This document shows, piece after piece, positions 41,301 through 55,600 of a stretch of DNA of 64,000 nucleotides. Numbering within the stretch: the first letter of the stretch is position 1; every line of letters starts with the position of its first letter. The stretch comes from the human T2T-CHM13v2.0 reference genome, Homo sapiens. The notes below the pieces were generated by a model. The model did no database searches and was not told the DNA's origin. It was given only the letters and a program-made list of their open reading frames with translations. The stretch lies in assembly GCF_009914755.1 (NCBI RefSeq), contig NC_060940.1; one strand, written 5' to 3'. The position numbers and the translations under genes are program-made.

Positions 41301-44300
41301 TAGACAGAATGATTCTCAGAAACTGTTTTGTGATGTGTGCGTTCAACTCACAGAGTTTAACCTTTCTTTTCAAAGAGCAGTTAGGAAACACTCTGTAAAG
41401 TCTGCAAGTGGATATTCAGACCTCTTTGAGGCCTTCGTTGGAAACGGGATTTCTTCATATTATGCTAGACAGATGAATTCTCAGTAACTTCCTTGTGTTG
41501 TGTGTATTCAACTCACAGAGTTGAACGATCCTTTACACAGAGCAGATTTGAAACACTGTTTTTCTGGAATTTGCAAGTGGAGATTTCAGCCGCTTTGAGG
41601 TCAATGGTAGAAAAGGAAATATCTTCGTATAAAAACTAGACAGAATGATTCTCAGAAACTCCTTTGTGATGTGTGCGTTCAACTCACAGAGTTTAACCTT
41701 TCTTTTCACAGAGCAGTTAGGAAACACTCTGTTTGTGAAGCCTGCCAGTGGATAATCGGACCTCTTTGAGGCCTTCGTTGGAAACGGGATTTCTTCATAT
41801 TATGCTAGACAGAAGATTTCTCAGTAACTTCTTTGTGTTGTGTGTATGCAACTCACAGAGTTCAACCTTCCTTTAGACAGAGCAGATTTGAAACTCTCTT
41901 TTTGTGGAATTTGCAAGTGGAGATTTCAAGCGCTTCGATGCCAATGGTAGAAAAGGAAATATCTTCGTATAAAAACAAGACAAACTCGTTCCCAGACACT
42001 GCGTAGTGATGTGTGTGTTTAACTCACAGAGTTTAACCTTTCTTTTCATACAGCATTCTGGAAACCCTGTGTTTGTAAAGTCTGCAAGTGGATATTTGGA
42101 CCTCTTAGATGCCTTCGTTGGAAACGGGATTTCTTCATATAATGCTAGAGGGAAGAATTCTTAGTAACTTCTTTGTGTTGTGTGTATTCAACTGACAGAG
42201 TTGAACCTTCCTTTAGACAGAGCAGATTTGAAAGTCTCTTTTTGTGGAATTTGCAAGTGGAGATTTCAAGCGCTTTGAGGCCAAAAGCAGAAAAGGAAAT
42301 ATTTTCCTATAAAAACTCGACAGAATCATTCTCAGAAACTGCTCTGTGATGTGTGCGTTCAACTCACAGAGTTTAACTTTTCTTTTCATTCAGCAGTTTG
42401 GAAACACTGTTTGGAAAGTCTGCACGTGGATATTTTGACCTCTTTGAGGCCTTCGTTGGAAACGGGTTTTTTTCATGTAAGGCTAGACAGAAGAAATCTC
42501 AGTAACTTCCTTGTGTTGTGTGTATTCAACTGACAGAGTTGAACCTTCCTTTAGACAGAGCAGATTCGAAACAATCTTTTTCTGCAATTTGCAAGTGGAG
42601 ACTTCAAGCGCTTTGAGGCCAAAGGCAGAAAAGGGAATATCTTCGTATAAAAACCCGACAGAATCATTCTCAGAAACTGCTCTGTGATGTGTGCGTTCAA
42701 CTCACAGAGTTTAACTTTTCTTTTCATTCAGCAGTTTGGAAACACTCTGTTTGTAAAGTCTGCAAGTGGATATCTTGGCCTCTTAGAGGCCTTCGTTGGA
42801 AACGGGTTTTTTCATGTAAGGATAGACAGAGGAATTCCCAGTAACTTCCTTGTGTTGTGTGCATTCAACTCACAGAGTTGAATGATTCTTTACACAGAGC
42901 AGATTTGAGACACTCTTTTGGTGGAATTTGTAAGTGGAGAATTCAGCCGCTTTGAGGTCAACGTTAGAAAAGGAAATATCTTCGTATAAAAACTAGACAG
43001 AATGATTCTCAGAAACTGTTTTGTGATGTGTGCGTTCAACTCACAGAGTTTAACCTTTCTTTTCAGAGAGCAGTTAGGAAACACTCTGTTTGTAAAGTCT
43101 GCAAGTGGATATTCAGACCTCTTTGAGGCCTTCGTTGGAAACGGGATTTCTTCATATTATGCTAGACAGATGAATTCTCAGTAACTTCCTTGTGTTGTGT
43201 GTATTCAACTCACAGAGTTGAACGATCCTTTACACAGAGCAGATTTGAAACACTGTTTTTCTGGAATTTGCAAGTGGAGATTTCAGCCGCTTTGAGGTCA
43301 ATGGTAGAAAAGGAAATATCTTCGTATAAAAACTAGACAGAATGATTCTCAGAAACTCCTTTGTGATGTGTGCGTTCAACTCACAGAGTTTAACCTTTCT
43401 TTTCACAGAGCAGTTAGGAAACACTCTGTTTGTGAAGCCTGCCAGTGGATATTCGGACCTCTTTGAGGCCTTCGTTGGAAACGGGATTTATTCATATTAT
43501 GCTAGACAGAAGATTTCTCAGTAACTTCTTTGTGTTGTGTGTATGCAACTCACAGAGTTCAACCTTCCTTTAGACAGAGCAGATTTGAAACACTCTTTTT
43601 GTGGAATTTGCAAGTGGAGATTTCAAGCGCTTCGATGCCAATGGTAGAAAAGGAAATATCTTCGTATAAAAACAAGACAAACTCGTTCCCAGACACTGCG
43701 TAGTGATGTGTGTGTTTAACTCACAGAGTTTAACCTTTCTTTTCATACAGCATTCTGGAAACCCTCTGTTTGTAAAGTCTGCAAGTGGATATTTGGACCT
43801 CTTAGATGCCTTCGTTGGGAACGGGATTTCTTCATATAATGCTAGAGGGAAGAATTCTTAGTAACTTCTTTGTGTTGTGTGTATTCAACTGACAGAGTTG
43901 AACCTTCCTTTAGACAGAGCAGATTTGAAAGTCTCTTTTTGTGGAATTTGCAAGTGGAGATTTCAAGCGCTTTGAGGCCAAAAGCAGAAAAGGAAATATT
44001 TTGCTATAAAAACTAGACAGAATCTTTCTCAGAAACTGCTCTGGGATGTGTGCGTTCAACTCACAGAGTTTAACTATTCTTTCCATTCAGCAGTTTGGAA
44101 ACACTCTGTTTGGAAAGTCTGCACGTGGATATTTTGACCTCTTTGAGGCCTTCGTTGGAAACGGGTTTTTTTCATGTAAGGCTAGACAGAAGAAATCTCA
44201 GTAACTTCCTTGTGTTGTGTGTATTCAACTGACAGAGTTGAACCTTCCTTTAGACAGAGCAGATTCGAAACACTCTTTTTCTGCAATTTGCAAGTGGAGA

Positions 44301-44588
44301 CTTCAAGCGCTTTGAGGCCAAAGGCAGAAAAGGAAATATCTTCGTATAAAAACCCGACAGAATCATTCTCAGAAACTGCTCTGTGATGTGTGCGTTCAAC
44401 TCACAGAGTTTAACTTTTCTTTTCATTCAGCAGTTTGGAAACACTCTGTTTGTAAAGTCTGCAAGTGGATATCTTGGCCTCTTAGAGGCCTTCATTGGAA
44501 ACGGGTTTTTTCATGTAAGGTTAGACAGAGGAATTCCCAGTAACTTCCTTGTGTTGTGTGCACTCAACTCACAGAGTTGAATGATTCT

Positions 44589-46624
44589 TTACACAGAGCA
44601 GATTTGAGACACTCTTTTGGTGGAATTTGTAAGTGGAGAATTCAGACGATTTGAGGTCAATGGTACAAAAGGAAATATCTTCGTATAAAAACTAGACAGA
44701 ATGATTCTCAGAAACTGTTTTGTGATGTGTGCGTTCAACTCACAGAGTTTAACCTTTCTTTTCAAAGAGCAGTTAAGAAACACTCTGTTTGTAAAGTCTG
44801 CAAGTGGATATTCAGACCTCTTTGGGGCGTTCTTTGGAAACGGGATTTCTTCATATTATGCTAGACAGAAGAATTCTCAGTAACTTCCTTGTGTTGTGTG
44901 CATTCAACTCACAGAGTTGAACGATCCTTTACACAGAGCAGATTTGAAACACTCTTTTTCTGGAATTTGCAAGTGGAGATTTCAGCCGCTTTGTGGTCAA
45001 TGGTAGAAAAGGAAATATCTTCATATAAAAACTAGACAGAATGATTCTCAGAAACTCCTTTGTGATGTGTGCGTTCAACTCACAGAGTTTAACCTTTCTT
45101 TTCACAGAGCAGTTAGGAAACACTCTGTTTGTAAAATCTGCAAGTGGATATTCAGACCTCTTTGAGGCCTTCGTTGGAAACGGGATTTCTTCATGTTATG
45201 CTAGACAGAAGAATTCTCAGTAACTTCCTTGTGTTGTGTGTATTCAACTCACAGGGTTGAACGATCCTTTACACAGAGCAGATTTGAAACACTCTTTTTC
45301 TGGAATTTGCAAGTGGAGATTTCAGCCGCTTTGAGGTCAATGGTAGAAAAGGAAATATCTTCGTATAAAAAGTAGACAGAATGATTCTCAGAAACTCCTT
45401 TGTGATGTGTGCGTTCAACTCACAGAGTTTAACCTTTCTTTTCACAGAGCAGTTAGGAAACACTCTGTTTGTGAAGTCTGCCAGTGGATATTCGGACCTC
45501 TTTGAGGCCTTCCTTGGAAACGGGATTTCTTCATATTATGCTAGACAGACTTCTCAGTAACTACTTTGTGTTATGTGTATGCAACTCACAGAGTTCATCC
45601 TTCCTTTAGACAGAGCAGATTTGAAACACTCTTTTTGTGGAATTTGCAAGTGGAGATTTCAAGCGCTTCGACGCCAATGGTCGAAAAGGAAATATCTTCG
45701 TATAAAAACAAGACAAAATCATTCCCAGAAACTGCGTAGTGATGTGTGTGTTTAACTCACAGAGTTTCACCTTTCTTTTCATACAGAATTCTGGAAACCC
45801 TCTGTTTGTAAAGTCTGCAAGTGTATATTTGGACCTCTTAGATGCCTTCGTTGGAAACGGGATTTCGTCATATAATGGTAGAGGGAAGAATTCTCAGTAA
45901 CTTCTTTGTGTTGTCTGTATTCAACTGACAGAGTTGAACCTTCCTTTAGACAGAGCAGATTTGAAAGTCTCTTTTTGTGGAATTTGCAAGTGGAGATTTC
46001 AAGCGCTTTGAGGCCAAAAGCAGAAAAGGAAATATTTTCCTATAAAAACTAGACAGAATCATTCTCAGAAACTGCTCTGTGATGTGTGCGTTCAACTCAC
46101 AGAGTTTAACTTTTCTTTTCATCCAGCAGTTTGGAAACACTCTGTTTGGAAATTCTGCACGTGGATATTTTGACCTCTTTGAGGCCTTCGTTGGAAACGG
46201 GTTTTTTTCATGTAAGGCTAGACAGAAGAAATCTCAGTAACTTCCTTGTGTTGTGTGTATTCAACTGACAGAGTTGAACCTTCCTTTAGACAGAGCAGAT
46301 TCGAAACACTCTTTTTCTGCAATTTGCAAGTGGAGACTTCAAGCGCTTTGAGGCCAAAGGCAGAAAAGGAAATATCTTCGTATAAAAACCCGACAGAATC
46401 ATTCTCAGAAACTGCTCTGTGATGTGTGCGTTCAACTCACAGAGTTTAACTTTTCTTTTCATTCAGCAGTTTGGAAACACTCTGTTTGTAAAGTCTGCAA
46501 GTGGATATCTTGGCCTCTTAGAGGCCTTCGTTGGAAACGGGTTTTTTCATGTAAGGATAGACAGAGGAATTCCCAGTAACTTCCTTGTGTTGTGTGCATT
46601 CAACTCACAGAGTTGAATGATTCT
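44589..46624 (+). repeat. 12-mer structural-variant HOR (2036 bp) with an extra D2/D1 hybrid dimer
   Basis: Two successive gaacgatcc dimers (markers at 44929 and 45269) instead of one. Confidence 0.92.
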
Positions 46625-49600
46625 TTACACAGAGCAGATTTGAGACACTCTTTTGGTGGAATTTGTAAGTGGAGAATTCAGCCGCTTTGAGGTCAACGGT
46701 AGAAAAGGAAATATCTTCGTATAAAAACTAGACAGAATGATTCTCAGAAACTGTTTTGTGATGTGTGCGTTCAACTCACAGAGTTTAACCTTTCTTTTCA
46801 GAGAGCAGTTAGGAAACACTCTGTTTGTAAAGTCTGCAAGTGGATATTCAGACCTCTTTGAGGCCTTCGTTGGAAACGGGATTTCTTCATATTATGCTAG
46901 ACAGATGAATTCTCAGTAACTTCCTTGTGTTGTGTGTATTCAACTCACAGAGTTGAACGATCCTTTACACAGAGCAGATTTGAAACACTGTTTTTCTGGA
47001 ATTTGCAAGTGGAGATTTCAGCCGCTTTGAGGTCAATGGTAGAAAAGGAAATATCTTCGTATAAAACCTAGACAGAATGATTCTCAGAAACTCCTTTGTG
47101 ATGTGTGCGTTCAACTCACAGAGTTTAACCTTTCTTTTCACAGAGCAGTTAGGAAACACTCTGTTTGTGAAGCCTGCCAGGGGATATTCGGACCTCTTTG
47201 AGGCCTTCGTTGGAAACGGGATTTCTTCATATTATGCTAGACAGAAGATTTCTCAGTAACTTCTTTGTGTTGTGTGTATGCAACTCACAGAGTTCAACCT
47301 TCCTTTAGACAGAGCAGATTTGAAACACTCTTTTTGTGGAATTTGCAAGTGGAGATTTCAAGCGCTTCGATGCCAATGGTAGAAAAGGAAATATCTTCGT
47401 ATAAAAACAAGACAAACTCGTTCCCAGACACTGCGTAGTGATGTGTGTGTTTAACTCACAGACTTTAACCTTTCTTTTCATACAGCATTCTGGAAACCCT
47501 CTGTTTGTAAAGTCTGCAAGTGGATATTTGGACCTCTTAGATGCCTTCGTTGGAAACGGGATTTCTTCATATAATGCTAGAGGGAAGAATTCTTAGTAAC
47601 TTATTTGTGTTGTGTGTATTCAACTGACAGAGTTGAACCTTCCTTTAGAGAGAGCAGATTTGAAAGTCTCTTTTTGTGGAATTTGCAAGTGGAGATTTCA
47701 AGCGCTTTGAGGCCAAAAGCAGAAAAGGAAATATTTTCCTATAAAAACTAGAGAGAATCATTCTCAGAAACTGCTCTGTGATGTGTGTGTTCAACTCACA
47801 GAGTTTAACTTTCTTTTCATTCAGCAGTTTGGAAACACTCTGTTTGGAAAGACTGCACGTGGATATTTTGACCTCTTTGAGGCCTTCGTTGGAAACGGGT
47901 TTTTTTCATGTAAGGCTAGACAGAAGATATCTCAGTAACTTCCTTGTGTTGTGTGTATTCAACTGACAGAGTTGAACCTTCCTTTAGACAGAGCAGATTC
48001 GAAACGCTCTTTTTCTGCAATTTGCAAGTGGAGACTTCAAGCGCTTTGAGGCCAAAGGCAGAAAAGGAAATATCTTCGTATAAAAACCCGACAGAATCAT
48101 TCTCAGAAACTGCTCTGTGATGTGTGCGTTCAACTCACAGAGTTTAACTTTTCTTTTCATTCAGCAGTTTGGAAACACTCTGTTTGTAAAGTCTGCAAGT
48201 GGATATCTTGGCCTCTTAGAGGCCTTCGTTGGAAACGCGTTTTTTCATGTAAGGTTAGACAGAGGAATTCCCAGTAACTTCCTTGTGTTGTGTGCATTCA
48301 ACTCACAGAGTTGAATGATTCTTTACACAGAGCAGATTTGAGACACTCTTTTGGTGGAATTTGTAAGTGTAGAATTCAGCTGCTTTGAGGTCAACGGTAG
48401 AAAAGGAAATATCTTCGTATAAAAACTAGACAGAATGATTCTCAGAAACTGTTTTGTGATGTGTGCGTTCAACTCACAGAGTTTAACCTTTCTTTTCAAA
48501 GAGCAGTTAGGAAACACTCTGTTTGTAAAGTCTGCAAGTGGATACTCAGACCTCTTTGAAGCCTTCGTTGGAAACGGGATTTCATCATATTATGCTAGAC
48601 AGATGAATTCTCAGTAACTTCCTTGTGCTGTGTGTATTCAACTCACAGAGTTTAACGATCCTTTACACAGAGCAGATTTGAAACACTGTTTTTCTGGAAT
48701 TTGCAAGTGGAGATTTCAGCCGCTTTGAGGTCAATGGTAGAAAAGGAAATATCTTCGTATAAAAACTGGACAGAATGATTCTCAGAAACTCCTTTGTGAT
48801 GTGTGCGTTCAACTCACAGAGTTTAACCTTTCTTTTCACAGAGCAGTTAGGAAACACTCTGTTTGTGAAGCCTGCCAGTGGATATTCGGACCTCTTTGAG
48901 GCCTTCGTTGGAAACGGGATTTCTTCATATTTTGCTAGACAGAAGATTTCTCAGTAACTTCTTTGTGTTGTGTGTATGCAACTCACAGAGTTCAACCTTC
49001 CTTTAGACAGAGCAGATTTGAAACACTCTTTTTGTGGAATTTGCAAGTGGAAATTTCAAGCGCATCGATGCCAATGGTAGAAAAGGAAATATCTTCGTAT
49101 AAAAACAAGACAAACTCGTTCCCAGACACTGCGTAGTGATGTGTGTGTTTAACTCACAGAGTTTAACCTTTCTTTTCATACAGCATTCTGGAAACCCTCT
49201 GTTTGTAAAGTCTGCAAGTGGATATTTGGACCTCTTAGATGCCTTCGTTGGAAACGGGATTTCCTCATATAATGCTAGAGGGAAGAATTCTTAGTAACTT
49301 CTTTGTGTTGTGTGTATTCAACTGACAGAGTTGAACCTTCCTTTAGACAGAGCAGATTTGAAAGTCTCTTTTTGTGGAATTTGCAAGTGGAGATTTCAAG
49401 CGCTTTGAGGCCAAAAGCAGAAAAGGAAATATTTTCTAATAAAAACTAGACAGAATCTTTCTCAGAAACTGCTCTGGGATGTGTGCGTTCAACTCACAGA
49501 GTTTAACTTTTCTTTTCATTCAGCAGTTTGGAAACACTCTGCTTGGAAAGTCTGCACGTGGATATTTTGACCTCTTTGAGGCCTTCGTTGGAAACGGGTT

Positions 49601-52600
49601 TTTTTCATGTAAGGCTAGACAGAAGAAATCTCAGTAACTTCCTTGTGTTGTGTGTATTCAACTGACAGAGTTGAACCTTCCTTTAGACAGAGCAGATTCG
49701 AAACACTCTTTTTCTGCAATTTGCAAGTGGAGACTTCAAGCGCTTTGAGGCCAAAGGCAGAAAAGGAAATATCTTCGTAGAAAAACCCGACAGAATCATT
49801 CTCAGAAACTGCTCTGTGATGTGTGCGTTCAACTCACAGAGTTTAACTTTTCTTTTCATTCAGCAGTTTGGAAACACTCTGTTTGTAAAGTCTGCAAGTG
49901 GATATCTTGGCCTCTTAGAGGCCTTCGTTGGAAACGGGTTTTTTCATTTAAGGTTAGACAGAGGAATTCCCAGTAACTTCCTTGTGTTGTGTGCATTCAA
50001 CTCACAGAGTTGAATGATTCTTTACACAGAGCAGATTTGAGACACTCTTTGGGTGGAATTTGTAAGTGGAGAATTCAGCCGCTTTGAGGTCAACGGTAGA
50101 AAAGGAAATATCTTCGTATAAAAACTAGACAGAATGATTCTCAGAAACTGTTTTGTGATGTGTGCGTTCAACTCACAGAGTTTAACCTTTCTTTTCAGAG
50201 AGCAGTTAGGAAACACTCTGTTTGTAAAGTCTGCAAGTGGATATTCAGACCTCTTTGAGGCCTTCGTTGGAAACGGGATTTCTTCATATTATGCTAGACA
50301 GATGAATTCTCAGTAACTTCCTTGTGTTGTGTGTATTCAACTCACAGAGTTGAACGATCCTTTACACAGAGCAGATTTGAAACACTGTTTTTCTGGAATT
50401 TGCAAGTGGAGATTTCAGCCGCTTTGAGGTCAATGGTAGAAAAGGAAATATCTTCGTATAAAAACTAGACAGAATGATTCTCAGAAACTCCTTTGTGATG
50501 TGTGCGTTCAACTCACAGAGTTTAACCTTTCTTTTCACAGAGCAGTTAGGAAACACTCTGTTTGTGAAGCCTGCCAGTGGATATTCGGACCTCTTTGAGG
50601 CCTTCGTTGGAAACGGGATTTCTTCATATTATGCTAGACAGAAGATTTCTCAGTAACTTCTTTGTGTTGTGTGTATGCAACTCACAGAGTTCAACCTTCC
50701 TTTAGACAGAGCAGATTTGAAACACTCTTTTTGTGGAATTTGCAAGTGGAGATTTCAAGCGCTTCGATGCCAATGGTAGAAAAGGAAATATCTTCGTATA
50801 AAAACAAGACAAACTCGTTCCCAGACACTGCGTAGTGATGTGTGTGTTTAACTCACAGAGTTTAACCTTTCTTTTCATACAGCATTCTGGAAACCCTCTG
50901 TTTGTAAAGTCTGCAAGTGGATATTTGGACCTCTTAGATGCCTTCGTTGGGAACGGGATTTCTTCATATAATGCTAGAGGGAAGAATTCTTAGTAACTTC
51001 TTTGTGTTGTGTGTATTCAACTGACAGAGTTGAACCTTCCTTTAGACAGAGCAGATTTGAAAGTCTCTTTTTGTGGAATTTGCAAGTGGAGATTTCAAGC
51101 GCTTTGAGGCCAAAAGCAGAAAAGGAAATATTTTCCTATAAAAACTAGACAGAATCTTTCTCAGAAACTGCTCTGGGATGTGTGCGTTCAACTCACAGAG
51201 TTTAACTATTCTTTCCATTCAGCAGTTTGGAAACACTCTGTTTGGAAAGTCTGCACGTGGATATTTTGACCTCTTTGAGGCCTTCGTTGGAAACGGGTTT
51301 TTTTCATGTAAGGCTAGACAGAAGAAATCTCAGTAACTTCCTTGTGTTGTGTGTATTCAACTGACAGAGTTGAACCTTCCTTTAGACAGAGCAGATTCGA
51401 AACACTCTTTTTCTGCAATTTGCAAGTGGAGACTTCAAGCGCTTTGAGGCCAAAGGCAGAAAAGGAAATATCTTCGTATAAAAACCCGACAGAATCATTC
51501 TCAGAAACTGCTCTGTGATGTGTGCGTTCAACTCACAGAGTTTAACTTTTCTTTTCATTCAGCAGTTTGGAAACACTCTGTTTGTAAAGTCTGCAAGTGG
51601 ATATCTTGGCCTCTTAGAGGCCTTCGTTGGAAACGGGTTTTTTCATGTAAGGTTAGACAGAGGAATTCCCAGTAACTTCCTTGTGTTGTGTGCATTCAAC
51701 TCACAGAGTTGAATGATTCTTTACACAGAGCAGATTTGAGACACTCTTTTGGTGGAATTTGTAAGTGGAGAATTCAGCCGCTTTGAGGTCAACGGTAGAA
51801 AAGGAAATATCTTCGTATAAAAACTAGACAGAATGATTCTCAGAAACTGTTTTGTGATGTGTGCGTTCAACTCACAGAGTTTAACCTTTCTTTTCAGAGA
51901 GCAGTTAGGAAACACTCTGTTTGTAAAGTCTGCAAGCGGATATTCAGACCTCTTTGAGGCCTTCGTTGGAAACGGGATTTCTTCATATTATGCTAGACAG
52001 ATGAATTCTCAGTAACTTCCTTGTGTTGTGTGTATTCAACTCACAGAGTTGAACGATCCTTTACACAGAGCAGATTTGAAACACTGTTTTTCTGGAATTT
52101 GCAAGTGGAGATTTCAGCCGCTTTGAGGTCAATGGTAGAAAAGGAAATATCTTCGTATAAAACCTAGACAGAATGATTCTCAGAAACTCCTTTGTGATGT
52201 GTGCGTTCAACTCACAGAGTTTAACCTTTCTTTTCACAGAGCAGTTAGGAAACACTCTGTTTGTGAAGCCTGCCAGGGGATATTCGGACCTCTTTGAGGC
52301 CTTCGTTGGAAACGGGATTTCTTCATATTATGCTAGACAGAAGATTTCTCAGTAACTTCTTTGTGTTGTGTGTATGCAACTCACAGAGTTCAACCTTCCT
52401 TTAGACAGAGCAGATTTGAAACACTCTTTTTGTGGAATTTGCAAGTGGAGATTTCAAGCGCTTCGATGCCAATGGTAGAAAAGGAAATATCTTCGTATAA
52501 AAACAAGACAAACTCGTTCCCAGACACTGCGTAGTGATGTGTGTGTTTAACTCACAGACTTTAACCTTTCTTTTCATACAGCATTCTGGAAACCCTCTGT

Positions 52601-55600
52601 TTGTAAAGTCTGCAAGTGGATATTTGGACCTCTTAGATGCCTTCGTTGGAAACGGGATTTCTTCATATAATGCTAGAGGGAAGAATTCTTAGTAACTTAT
52701 TTGTGTTGTGTGTATTCAACTGACAGAGTTGAACCTTCCTTTAGAGAGAGCAGATTTGAAAGTCTCTTTTTGTGGAATTTGCAAGTGGAGATTTCAAGCG
52801 CTTTGAGGCCAAAAGCAGAAAAGGAAATATTTTCCTATAAAAACTAGAGAGAATCATTCTCAGAAACTGCTCTGTGATGTGTGTGTTCAACTCACAGAGT
52901 TTAACTTTCTTTTCATTCAGCAGTTTGGAAACACTCTGTTTGGAAAGACTGCACGTGGATATTTTGACCTCTTTGAGGCCTTCGTTGGAAACGGGTTTTT
53001 TTCATGTAAGGCTAGACAGAAGATATCTCAGTAACTTCCTTGTGTTGTGTGTATTCAACTGACAGAGTTGAACCTTCCTTTAGACAGAGCAGATTCGAAA
53101 CGCTCTTTTTCTGCAATTTGCAAGTGGAGACTTCAAGCGCTTTGAGGCCAAAGGCAGAAAAGGAAATATCTTCGTATAAAAACCCGACAGAATCATTCTC
53201 AGAAACTGCTCTGTGATGTGTGCGTTCAACTCACAGAGTTTAACTTTTCTTTTCATTCAGCAGTTTGGAAACACTCTGTTTGTAAAGTCTGCAAGTGGAT
53301 ATCTTGGCCTCTTAGAGGCCTTCGTTGGAAACGCGTTTTTTCATGTAAGGTTAGACAGAGGAATTCCCAGTAACTTCCTTGTGTTGTGTGCATTCAACTC
53401 ACAGAGTTGAATGATTCTTTACACAGAGCAGATTTGAGACACTCTTTTGGTGGAATTTGTAAGTGTAGAATTCAGCTGCTTTGAGGTCAACGGTAGAAAA
53501 GGAAATATCTTCGTATAAAAACTAGACAGAATGATTCTCAGAAACTGTTTTGTGATGTGTGCGTTCAACTCACAGAGTTTAACCTTTCTTTTCAAAGAGC
53601 AGTTAGGAAACACTCTGTTTGTAAAGTCTGCAAGTGGATATTCAGACCTCTTTGAAGCCTTCATTGGAAACGGGATTTCATCATATTATGCTAGACAGAT
53701 GAATTCTCAGTAACTTCCTTGTGCTGTGTGTATTCAACTCACAGAGTTTAACGATCCTTTACACAGAGCAGATTTGAAACACTGTTTTTCTGGAATTTGC
53801 AAGTGGAGATTTCAGCCGCTTTGAGGTCAATGGTAGAAAAGGAAATATCTTCGTATAAAAACTGGACAGAATGATTCTCAGAAACTCCTTTGTGATGTGT
53901 GCGTTCAACTCACAGAGTTTAACCTTTCTTTTCACAGAGCAGTTAGGAAACACTCTGTTTGTGAAGCCTGCCAGTGGATATTCGGACCTCTTTGAGGCCT
54001 TCGTTGGAAACGGGATTTCTTCATATTTTGCTAGACAGAAGATTTCTCAGTAACTTCTTTGTGTTGTGTGTATGCAACTCACAGAGTTCAACCTTCCTTT
54101 AGACAGAGCAGATTTGAAACACTCTTTTTGTGGAATTTGCAAGTGGAAATTTCAAGCGCATCGATGCCAATGGTAGAAAAGGAAATATCTTCGTATAAAA
54201 ACAAGACAAACTCGTTCCCAAACACTGCGTAGTGATGTGTGTGTTTAACTCACAGAGTTTAACCTTTCTTTTCATACAGCATTCTGGAAACCCTCTGTTT
54301 GTAAAGTCTGCAAGTGGATATTTGGACCTCTTAGATGCCTTCGTTGGAAACGGGATTTCCTCATATAATGCTAGAGGGAAGAATTCTTAGTAACTTCTTT
54401 GTGTTGTGTGTATTCAACTGACAGAGTTGAACCTTCCTTTAGACAGAGCAGATTTGAAAGTCTCTTTTTGTGGAATTTGCAAGTGGAGATTTCAAGCGCT
54501 TTGAGGCCAAAAGCAGAAAAGGAAATATTTTCTAATAAAAACTAGACAGAATCTTTCTCAGAAACTGCTCTGGGATGTGTGCGTTCAACTCACAGAGTTT
54601 AACTTTTCTTTTCATTCAGCAGTTTGGAAACACTCTGCTTGGAAAGTCTGCACGTGGATATTTTGACCTCTTTGAGGCCTTCGTTGGAAACGGGTTTTTT
54701 TCATGTAAGGCTAGACAGAAGAAATCTCAGTAACTTCCTTGTGTTGTGTGTATTCAACTGACAGAGTTGAACCTTCCTTTAGACAGAGCAGATTCGAAAC
54801 ACTCTTTTTCTGCAATTTGCAAGTGGAGACTTCAAGCGCTTTGAGGCCAAAGGCAGAAAAGGAAATATCTTCGTAGAAAAACCCGACAGAATCATTCTCA
54901 GAAACTGCTCTGTGATGTGTGCGTTCAACTCACAGAGTTTAACTTTTCTTTTCATTCAGCAGTTTGGAAACACTCTGTTTGTAAAGTCTGCAAGTGGATA
55001 TCTTGGCCTCTTAGAGGCCTTCGTTGGAAACGGGTTTTTTCATTTAAGGTTAGACAGAGGAATTCCCAGTAACTTCCTTGTGTTGTGTGCTTTCAACTCA
55101 CAGAGTTGAATGATTCTTTACACAGAGCAGATTTGAGACACTCTTTGGGTGGAATTTGTAAGTGGAGAATTCAGCCGCTTTGAGGTCAACGGTAGAAAAG
55201 GAAATATCTTCGTATAAAAACTAGACAGAATGATTCTCAGAAACTGTTTTGTGATGTGTGCGTTCAACTCACAGAGTTTAACCTTTCTTTTCAGAGAGCA
55301 GTTAGGAAACACTCTGTTTGTAAAGTCTGCAAGTGGATATTCAGACCTCTTTGAGGCCTTCGTTGGAAACGGGATTTCTTCATATTATGCTAGACAGATG
55401 AATTCTCAGTAACTTCCTTGTGTTGTGTGTATTCAACTCACAGAGTTGAACGATCCTTTACACAGAGCAGATTTGAAACACTGTTTTTCTGGAATTTGCA
55501 AGTGGAGATTTCAGCCGCTTTGAGGTCAATGGTAGAAAAGGAAATATCTTCGTATAAAAACTAGACAGAATGATTCTCAGAAACTCCTTTGTGATGTGTG

